Source: an uncultured Gammaproteobacteria bacterium (GTDB taxonomy: Bacteria > Patescibacteriota > Microgenomatia > UBA8517). Taken from it: a stretch of DNA of 64,000 bases. How positions within the stretch are numbered: position 1 is the stretch's first letter; every line of letters begins with the position of its first letter. The notes below the pieces were generated by a model that searched no databases, was not told where the DNA came from, and worked only from the letters and a program-made list of their open reading frames with translations. The position numbers were made by a program, and so were the translations under genes. Location: contig CAYRUS010000001.1 of NCBI GenBank assembly GCA_964427735.1, positions 98,173 through 162,172 on the forward strand, given 5' to 3'. This document shows positions 30,964 to 38,299 of this stretch, in pieces.

Positions 30964-31694
30964 TTTTTGACTGCAGTTACTACAATATCTGATGCACCGA
31001 AAATAGGTATTGTAAGATTGTCAACTAAGGTAATTAAATTAACGAATGGTCCTTTCACAAATTTAACTAAAAATCCAAAAACAGGAATAACAAACAAAGA
31101 GTTTCTAATTACCCCTTCCCTTTCTACAATATTTGTAATTTTAAAGCCCTCTTCTAAAAAAAGCTTTGATATTATTCTCTTATCATACCTTCTTAAATGG
31201 CCTACCTTTTTATCAAAATTTGCAGTCAATCCTAATTTAACAAGCGGAGCATTTTTACTAGGAGTAGTTAAAAATAAAATACCATCTTCATTTAAAAGTG
31301 AATGAAAAATTTTTATTAATGCTCTGTCATCTTCTACATGCTCAATTACTTCAGAGCATATTATTAAATCAAATTCATTTTTTTTAGAAATAAATTTTTC
31401 TAAAGTAAAAAAAGTTATATTCTTCAATTGAATATTTTTAAGATTATTTTCCACTGCATTAATAGCACTAGGTGATATATCTACCCCAGTAACTTTGTGA
31501 CCAAAACTTGAAGAATAAAATGACAAAGTACCTACCCCACATCCATAATCCAATATTCTTAATTTATTTTTTCTTTCTAATAATTTTGATAGGTCTTTAG
31601 TCAATAATTTATAAGTAAAATTATTCTCATCTATAATTTTTTCCTGAACTTTGGTCTTTTTATGAAATTTGTTATAAAAATTAATAGAATTCAT
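30960..31694 (-). CDS. class I SAM-dependent methyltransferase
   Basis: ILDYGCGVGTLS is SAM-binding motif I. DLIICSEVIEHV is the motif II/post-II region. Confidence 0.75.
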   Translation of the reverse strand: MNSINFYNKFHKKTKVQEKIIDENNFTYKLLTKDLSKLLERKNKLRILDYGCGVGTLSFYSSSFGHKVTGVDISPSAINAVENNLKNIQLKNITFFTLEKFISKKNEFDLIICSEVIEHVEDDRALIKIFHSLLNEDGILFLTTPSKNAPLVKLGLTANFDKKVGHLRRYDKRIISKLFLEEGFKITNIVEREGVIRNSLFVIPVFGFLVKFVKGPFVNLITLVDNLTIPIFGASDIVVTAVKK

Positions 31695-31745
31695 ACAAAA
31701 TAAGTGCTTGACAAGTTGTAGATAAATAATTGTATAGTAAATTAA

Positions 31746-33896
31746 GTGTATAAAAAGTTTACCACTACATTTATTTTTATTATATTTAATTTTATTATCC
31801 TCACATCGACTCCTAAAAAAACTTTTGCATCAACTAATCTACATTTTTCTCCAGCAGGTTTTAGTCTTCCATACCTCCTAGCTAGTCACAGTTCTGTTGT
31901 AGCAAAAAATAACCTGTACGTTGTTAACGGTTCTGCACAAACAGCAAACACACACTCGGAAGTGCAGAGATTTAATTTTTCTACCAATACCTGGATTAAT
32001 ACTAGTTCCTTAAACCCACCTTTAATTTGGCATACAAGTGCTACCAATGGTCAAACTTTGTATAATTTAGGAGGATATATTGATGGAATTAGTGGTGTTT
32101 TTTCTCCAGTTTATACTATTACAAAAGCTGATCTCAATACCACAAACTCATTAGATTGGGAAATGATAGGAACCCTACCACCTAACGCGGGGCCTGTATT
32201 GGGTAAGGCTTTTATTGTAAATAATAGGCTCTACTATGCAGGTGGATCTGATTCGATTAGTTCTAATTATTCAAGCAATGTGTACTTTACTGAAATAAAT
32301 GATGATGGAAATTTAGGAAACTGGAAAGAGACTATTCCGTTACCATTTCCTTTACAAGGTTTTGGACTAGTTGTTTATGGGAATAGATTGTTCGTACTCG
32401 GTGGAAGGTCAAAAATAAATTCTAATACCGTATACCTAACCTATGTATATACAACCACTGTAAATAGCGATGGCACGCTCAATCCATGGAAATTTATTAA
32501 TTACCTACCAGAATCAGCATATAGAAGTGGAGTAACTATATCAGGTAATAAGATTTTTGTGGTTGGTGGAATAAATAATCAAGGACACCAAGATAATGTT
32601 TTTTACGCAACTATAGACTCAAACGGCAACCTATCTGAATGGGAAACATCAGACCCACTACCTCACGCAGTTTGCTGTGGAACACTGGAAAATTACCAAG
32701 GATATCTTTATCTTTTAGGTGGAGAAGGTCCAAATCCGGGAAATTACCTAGATACCGTTTACAGTGCAAAAATCTCGGATTTTTCAGATGGTGTTAACTT
32801 GAATGTTCCCCTGTTGTTACAAACAGACTCTAGATGGGCTAATGAAGTTTATGATTCAGCATATAATTGGGCAACTAATGGAATCGGGATAAGAGAATAC
32901 GGATGTGCTACTACCTCAAGTGCAATGATACTTAGCTACTATGGTCATAATGTGAATCCTAGCCAACTTAATTCTTACCTTATAAATAATTCCGGTTATA
33001 CCCGTATGGGATATCTGATTTGGTCAGGGGTAACACGATATGCAAAAAACCACGATACTGATAATACAAGCAAATTAGAATATCGCAGAGCACCTTTTAA
33101 TACCCAAGTACTTAAGGATCGATTAAATGCAAGTGAGCCTGTTATTATAAAATTTAAAGGGCATTTTCTTGTAGTTAAAGGATACTCTGGCAACAACTTT
33201 TTTGTTAATGATCCAAATGGACTAACAAACACACTTGACCAAGCAATAGCCTTATACGGTAATCCAGTGGCAATGGATATCTTCATACCTTCAGAGACAG
33301 ATCTTTCTTATATTTATTTATCTGTAAATGAAGATGTCGACATTACTGTAAAAGATCAAAATGGAAATCAAATTGATGGCTATACATATACTGAATCACC
33401 AATTCAAGATTTCCTAGGAACATCACAAACAAACGCAAAATCAATGAAAATATTTCAATATCCCAAACCTGAATTTGGTAATTATGAAGTTATTCTGTCA
33501 AATCCCGACAACCAAGCATCTGAATTCACACTTGACTACTACTTGTTTGATAAAGATGGTAACTTAATAAACGGAACTACAAATGGAATCGTTTACACTA
33601 ATAACGAAGAAAAATTTATTATTGATTTCAATGAAAATAGTACTATTAGTTCAAATACAAATCCAACATTTGGCTCCATATATAAAGACCTAGAAGTAGC
33701 ATTCGAAAATAACTGGATCGCAAAAAGATACTTTAATATTATTAGTATAAGGCTTAAGAAAATCCAAGAAAAATCAAATATACATAGTGGTCGACCGACA
33801 TTGAGCGCCTTAGTTGCTTTTATAGAAAGACTAGACAGTGGGAAGATTGATCCGATCTATCAGCAAACTATCGTTAATGATCTAAATTTAATTTAG
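31746..33896 (+). CDS. secreted protein: N-terminal Kelch-type beta-propeller fused to a C39-like (Peptidase_C39_2) papain-fold domain plus a C-terminal extension
   Basis: It has a signal peptide. Six GG-containing blades match Kelch repeats (LYNLGGY, RLYYAGGSD, RLFVLGGRS, KIFVVGGIN, YLYLLGGEG). GCATTSSAMILSYYGH provides a catalytic-Cys context. GHFLVVKGY provides a His context. Confidence 0.6.
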   Translation: MYKKFTTTFIFIIFNFIILTSTPKKTFASTNLHFSPAGFSLPYLLASHSSVVAKNNLYVVNGSAQTANTHSEVQRFNFSTNTWINTSSLNPPLIWHTSATNGQTLYNLGGYIDGISGVFSPVYTITKADLNTTNSLDWEMIGTLPPNAGPVLGKAFIVNNRLYYAGGSDSISSNYSSNVYFTEINDDGNLGNWKETIPLPFPLQGFGLVVYGNRLFVLGGRSKINSNTVYLTYVYTTTVNSDGTLNPWKFINYLPESAYRSGVTISGNKIFVVGGINNQGHQDNVFYATIDSNGNLSEWETSDPLPHAVCCGTLENYQGYLYLLGGEGPNPGNYLDTVYSAKISDFSDGVNLNVPLLLQTDSRWANEVYDSAYNWATNGIGIREYGCATTSSAMILSYYGHNVNPSQLNSYLINNSGYTRMGYLIWSGVTRYAKNHDTDNTSKLEYRRAPFNTQVLKDRLNASEPVIIKFKGHFLVVKGYSGNNFFVNDPNGLTNTLDQAIALYGNPVAMDIFIPSETDLSYIYLSVNEDVDITVKDQNGNQIDGYTYTESPIQDFLGTSQTNAKSMKIFQYPKPEFGNYEVILSNPDNQASEFTLDYYLFDKDGNLINGTTNGIVYTNNEEKFIIDFNENSTISSNTNPTFGSIYKDLEVAFENNWIAKRYFNIISIRLKKIQEKSNIHSGRPTLSALVAFIERLDSGKIDPIYQQTIVNDLNLI

Positions 33897-34530
33897 TAAA
33901 TAAGTAAATTCTTCGAATTATAAAAAGAATTACTATAAAAATCTGAATATACAATAACACACGTTGAAAATTTAGCCTTTGAAGATCAGAGCCAACATTT
34001 AGAGCATGAAGGGCAATCATAAAAAAAGTTAAATAGTTTATTATGTGTAATTTTCTCCAGTGTTTACGAAGAAATGTAATCCTTGCCCTAAAATAGCCTA
34101 CAATTACCCCTAAAGTTATAAAAACAAAAGATAATCGCCCTAACATTAACCCAAGGTCAAAACTCTCCTCAACAATCGGAGGAAGAAGTGCGCTTATAAA
34201 GCCCGCAAAACCCCTGAAAGGGATAAAGCTTGCTGCATAAAATAATGGATGGAAAAATATAAGAGTGTAAGCAGCTAGTCCTAATAATGTATGTATTCGG
34301 TACGCCTTTGCCCCTATTAATTTTACTGAGAGTTCCATATTGCTGCCTAAAATAACCAAAATAAATAAATAATTAAAAGCTAGTAGCCCAAGTATTCTTT
34401 GAACTGCATTCAAATACAATACAGTGCTACCCGACAATAAAAGTTTATTGCTTAAAACAATAAAAAAGGGTAATAGCGTAAGGAAAATAAATAATATCCA
34501 AAATGTAGCAAGACGAGTTTTCAAATTCAT
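33874..34530 (-). CDS. ferric-reductase-like transmembrane (bis-heme b) domain protein (MsrQ/YedZ-like)
   Basis: It has six predicted TM helices. There are two intramembrane His pairs: HTLLGLAAYTLIFFH (15-residue span, His to His) and HIINYLTFFMIALH (14-residue span). The spacing is characteristic of the FRD/NOX heme-binding domain. Confidence 0.5.
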   Translation of the reverse strand: MNLKTRLATFWILFIFLTLLPFFIVLSNKLLLSGSTVLYLNAVQRILGLLAFNYLFILVILGSNMELSVKLIGAKAYRIHTLLGLAAYTLIFFHPLFYAASFIPFRGFAGFISALLPPIVEESFDLGLMLGRLSFVFITLGVIVGYFRARITFLRKHWRKLHIINYLTFFMIALHALNVGSDLQRLNFQRVLLYIQIFIVILFIIRRIYLFTKLNLDH

Positions 34531-34859
34531 ATATAAATTTAGTATATCAAATAGCTACTAGGTGAACTTTAGATATTTAATAATCGTAGATTGATTTAAA
34601 TGGCTACTGAGATCTTTTCAAGTAAAATAAAGCTATAAACAGGTTTTTTCCAATATTTACCGCTGGTGTTGAAGATGTAGTCAAAGGAGTGATGAAACAT
34701 TTCATCAAAGAAAGAGTTATAAAAAAATGAAAGACAAGTATTATTACAAAGTAAATACTATAATATTAGTATCAGGCAAAAAAAGTAGGTATATATAAAT
34801 TAAAAAAACTCTAATTATTAAAATTAAATTAAGTAAATTAAGCAACCAATATCATCTAG

Positions 34860-34931
34860 TGAACCCGGCAGGATTCGAACCTACGACTTCTTCGATGTGA
34901 ACGAAGCACTCTACCACTGAGTTACGGGTTC
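34860..34931 (-). tRNA. tRNA-Val (CAC)
   Basis: The reverse complement folds with acceptor GAACCCG/CGGGTTC and anticodon stem CTTCG/CGAAG. The anticodon loop is TTCACAT and the T-loop is TTCGAAT. Confidence 0.8.
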
Positions 34932-35019
34932 TTTTACATCTATATTTTACTATTACCTTCACCTAAATTAAAGTTTATACGCTTGAACTGAATCAATATG
35001 AAAAGTATAATGAACAAGT

Positions 35020-35580
35020 ATGCTACTTAAGCGAATCGGCGCATTCATCCTAGACATATTACAAGTAATAGTATTTGCAGTTGCTATATTTTTGTTTGTA
35101 TATCTTCTAATTCTCCAACCACACAAAATCAAGGGAAGTTCCATGCATCCTAATTTCCCGGACGGAGAGTATCTGCTAACAGACAAATTATCGTACAGAT
35201 TCAATGAACCAAAAAGAGGAGATGTAATAGTCTTTCAGCCTCCGGGATCTGATGGAGATGAATTTATAAAAAGAATAATAGGACTACCAAGCGATAGAGT
35301 AATGATTAAGGAAGGTAAAGTTTATATTAATGGAAATGAATTAGAAGAACTTTATCTTTCAAATGAGCTCAGGACCTCAGCCGGTGCCTTTTCCCAAGAA
35401 GGAATAGAAGAAATTGTTCCTCCAAATCATTACTTTGTATTAGGAGACAACCGCCCCCAGTCTTCTGATTCAAGAGTTTGGGGATTTGTAGAAAAAGGAA
35501 AAATCACAGGTAAAGCATGGTTTATTTACTGGCCACCTGACAAAGCTGGATTGGTAACACACCCTACTTACGCATTCTAA
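35020..35580 (+). CDS. lepB: signal peptidase I
   Basis: GSSMHP carries the catalytic Ser. KRIIGLPSD carries the catalytic Lys. YFVLGDNRPQSSDSR is box E. Confidence 0.85.
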   Translation: MLLKRIGAFILDILQVIVFAVAIFLFVYLLILQPHKIKGSSMHPNFPDGEYLLTDKLSYRFNEPKRGDVIVFQPPGSDGDEFIKRIIGLPSDRVMIKEGKVYINGNELEELYLSNELRTSAGAFSQEGIEEIVPPNHYFVLGDNRPQSSDSRVWGFVEKGKITGKAWFIYWPPDKAGLVTHPTYAF

Positions 35581-35631
35581 TAAATTCTGTGTAGATTTTT
35601 ACTGCAAAAAAAGCAATTAATAAGAAGAATA

Positions 35632-36474
35632 TTAATTGGAAGTAATGGATTTATATACTTTTTGCAATCTTTCTTCTGTTTCTTCGGGAGTGCCTTTGAA
35701 AATCATCTGAACCCTTGTCTCACGACGACTTCTGTTGATTTTTACTGCTGTCTTTTGACCATTAGTAGCCAGCTTTGTTAAAGTCTTATTAAGCTCTTCT
35801 TGCATCTTATCTATTTCTTCAGACAATATTCTCACTCTTTGCTTTGGATCAGATTTTTTAGGTGGCTGCTGAGATTTGTGCTTCATTCGCCTTGCTAATT
35901 CTTCTGCTCTTCTTACAGAACCACTTTCTCGAAGAATTGTTTTGTATGCATCAATCATCAAATCTTCGCTATCTATGGCTGCTAAAGCTCTAGCATGTCC
36001 TTCTGAAATCAGACCAGACAACAGTCCATCTTTAAGAGCATCAGGAAGAGTCAAGAGTCTCATCGAGTTTGAAACATATGCAACGGATTTTCCAATCTTT
36101 ACTGCAATCTCAGAGGTAGTTAGCCCAAAATCTTTTTGCAACTTTTCAAAACCTTTTGCACGATCAAGAGCATTAAGATCAACCCTTTGAACATTCTCTA
36201 CTAATGCCATCTCCAGCATTCCTTTGGGGGTAGTTTCTCTTATTACAGCAGGAACATGGGTTAAACCTGCTAGCTTAGAAGCTCTCCATCTTCTTTCTCC
36301 TGCAATAATCTGAAAACCAGCCGGGGTTTTTGCAACAACTAGTGGTTCCAAAACTCCATGCTCTTTTATAGAATCAACTAAGTCAACAAGGCTTTCAGGA
36401 GTAATAGCACCACGAGGCTGCAAAGGATTGGGTTGAAGTTCATTTACGTTTATCTGTATTATTTCTTCTGCCAT
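35632..36474 (-). CDS. parB: ParB/Spo0J-like partition protein (no parA adjacent)
   Basis: LQPNPLQPRG and GERRWRASKLAG are the ParB box motifs. A helix-turn-helix follows. Confidence 0.8.
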   Translation of the reverse strand: MAEEIIQINVNELQPNPLQPRGAITPESLVDLVDSIKEHGVLEPLVVAKTPAGFQIIAGERRWRASKLAGLTHVPAVIRETTPKGMLEMALVENVQRVDLNALDRAKGFEKLQKDFGLTTSEIAVKIGKSVAYVSNSMRLLTLPDALKDGLLSGLISEGHARALAAIDSEDLMIDAYKTILRESGSVRRAEELARRMKHKSQQPPKKSDPKQRVRILSEEIDKMQEELNKTLTKLATNGQKTAVKINRSRRETRVQMIFKGTPEETEERLQKVYKSITSN

Positions 36475-36475
36475 A

Positions 36476-36727
36476 CTAGCTACTCACCACTGAGACGTGT
36501 TTTTTACCCATTTTAACTTTATATCGGACAGTTCCTTCTCTAGTAGCATATAATGTATGATCTCTACCTACCTCAACTCCTTCGGCTGCTCCAAATTTTG
36601 TGCCTCTTTGACGAATTAAAATCATCCCTGGAGTTACTTTTTCTCCATCTTGAACCTTAACCCCTAAATACTTAGGATTTGGTCGAGAATGTTGCGTTAG
36701 TTTACCTGCTTGCTTTTTCTTTGCCAT
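36476..36727 (-). CDS. rpmA: 50S ribosomal protein L27
   Basis: AGKLTQHSRPNPKYLGVKVQDGE...IRQRGTKF is an L27 sequence. Confidence 0.9.
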   Translation of the reverse strand: MAKKKQAGKLTQHSRPNPKYLGVKVQDGEKVTPGMILIRQRGTKFGAAEGVEVGRDHTLYATREGTVRYKVKMGKKHVSVVSS

Positions 36728-36813
36728 ATTGTTTTGAGTCTAAACAAATTTTTCACAATTGTCAATAGAACAGTAAGTTGTATATAGACACATTGTGAAT
36801 GTGTTTGTTATAG

Positions 36814-37113
36814 TTATCCAATTTTTTCAACTGTTAGAAGCGTTTGCAACGGTCTAAAACCCATCTTTCTTCTATAACGTGACTTAGCTCTAAATTGCTG
36901 AACTGTAATTTTGTCACCTTTAACCTCTGGTTCCTTTACACTAAGCTTAACCAGTGTCTTACTTAAATGCGGCGTTCCTATTTCTAATTTATCTCCATTT
37001 CTCAACATTAGAACTTCATATTCAGGCTTGTCATGAACTTTATCAACGGTCAATTCCTCACCTTCTTTGATTTTATATTGCTGACCTTGAAGTGCTATAA
37101 CTGCATATTTCAT
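36814..37113 (-). CDS. rplU: 50S ribosomal protein L21
   Basis: MKYAVIALQGQQYKIKEGEEL is an L21 N-terminus. The start was moved to the ATG at 37113, which follows a GGAGG Shine-Dalgarno 8 nt upstream. Confidence 0.9.
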   Translation of the reverse strand: MKYAVIALQGQQYKIKEGEELTVDKVHDKPEYEVLMLRNGDKLEIGTPHLSKTLVKLSVKEPEVKGDKITVQQFRAKSRYRRKMGFRPLQTLLTVEKIG

Positions 37114-37161
37114 ATTTATTTCCTCCAATAAAGTGTATTTTAGCTATTATTCGGTATAAAA

Positions 37162-37194
37162 ACAAGTTTTTTCTAAAACTCATAATAAACTTGT
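37162..37194 (-). promoter_or_regulatory. hairpin in the rplU 5' leader (possible r-protein leader/attenuator)
   Basis: A perfect 8-bp inverted repeat pairs ACAAGTTT with AAACTTGT around a 17-nt loop. On the mRNA strand it is followed by TTTTAT, upstream of the rplU Shine-Dalgarno. Confidence 0.3.
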
Positions 37195-37237
37195 GTTTAA
37201 TACATTACTTAGACTAATTTTCAACAACTATGCTTAG

Positions 37238-38293
37238 CTAAGTTTTTCTTGCAGACTGTGCCATACCTAAACTAATCATCATACCCAAAAATGAAGAACC
37301 CCCTGCTGACACCAAAGGTAAGGGCAACCCAGTGATAGGTGCCATACCCAAATTCATTGCAATATTTATAAAGACCTGAACCAAAAACATCACAAATATC
37401 CCTGTTAAAAATGCTCTTGACTCTAAATTTCTTGTTTCTTCGATATATCTTACAAGCTTATAGAGCAAGAAAAAGATAGAAACAATTACTATACCTGCTC
37501 CGATAAAACCTAATTCTTCTCCAATAGATGCAAAAATAAAGTCTGTGTGTCTTTCAGGCAAGAAAGATAGTTGGGTCTGCACCCCCTTACCTAATCCACG
37601 ACCCCAAAAACGTCCCGAACCAACTGAAATTAATGATTGGATGCTATTGTATCCTGCTCCAAGAGGATCTGATTCAGGATTTATAAAGGAGACTATCCTT
37701 TGCTTTTGATACGGCTGTAATAAAAAATAAAAAATCGGCACTAATAAAATTGGAGCTAAAGCACCAATAAAATAGAACCTTTTAGGTAAGCCAATAGCAA
37801 GAAGCACTCCTACAATTCCACAAAATGTTAAAATCGTCATACCCAAAGACGGCTGAACTAGAATAAGGAAAAGAGGTACTATACTAAAAGCCAAAAACTT
37901 GAGCCCAGAAGGAAAATTTATTTTACCTGCATGTTCTGCTGCATACTTTGCAAAAAATAAGACAAGAAAAGGTCTGACAATTTCGGACGGCTGAATAGTT
38001 ATTGGACCAATAGGTATCCATCTTAGAGCACCACGGGATACCTGACCAATTAACAAAGTAATAATTAGCAAAACCAAAGAAAAGATATACAAATGAGAAG
38101 AAAAAACAGATACAATCTCATAATCTAAAAAGGAAAATATAAAAAAAATTACTATCCCCAAAAGTATATAAAATAAATAACCGGGAAACAAAAAATTTGC
38201 AATCGAATACAGCACAAGAAGACTAAATAGAATTAAAAAAACTTGCACAGCAACAAAACTAATGTCTAGAGGTTTTCTATGACTGCTTTGCAT
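37238..38293 (-). CDS. SEDS family peptidoglycan polymerase (RodA/FtsW paralog)
   Basis: The protein is polytopic and 351 aa. It carries the SEDS signatures ...ERHTDFIFASIGEELGFIG... and GLPLPLVSAGGSS. Confidence 0.75.
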   Translation of the reverse strand: MQSSHRKPLDISFVAVQVFLILFSLLVLYSIANFLFPGYLFYILLGIVIFFIFSFLDYEIVSVFSSHLYIFSLVLLIITLLIGQVSRGALRWIPIGPITIQPSEIVRPFLVLFFAKYAAEHAGKINFPSGLKFLAFSIVPLFLILVQPSLGMTILTFCGIVGVLLAIGLPKRFYFIGALAPILLVPIFYFLLQPYQKQRIVSFINPESDPLGAGYNSIQSLISVGSGRFWGRGLGKGVQTQLSFLPERHTDFIFASIGEELGFIGAGIVIVSIFFLLYKLVRYIEETRNLESRAFLTGIFVMFLVQVFINIAMNLGMAPITGLPLPLVSAGGSSFLGMMISLGMAQSARKT

Positions 38294-38299
38294 TACTCA

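Noticed and set aside
31709-31745. Promoter call (TTGACA ... TGTATAGT) in the methyltransferase/Kelch divergent spacer
   Set aside because: The spacer to the best -10 candidate is 19 nt, which is non-canonical, so it was not listed as a feature.
35581-35640. AT-rich nested hairpins between lepB and parB as a bidirectional terminator
   Set aside because: The stems are A/T-only and overlap the parB stop region, and no proper U-tract follows. This is not convincing.
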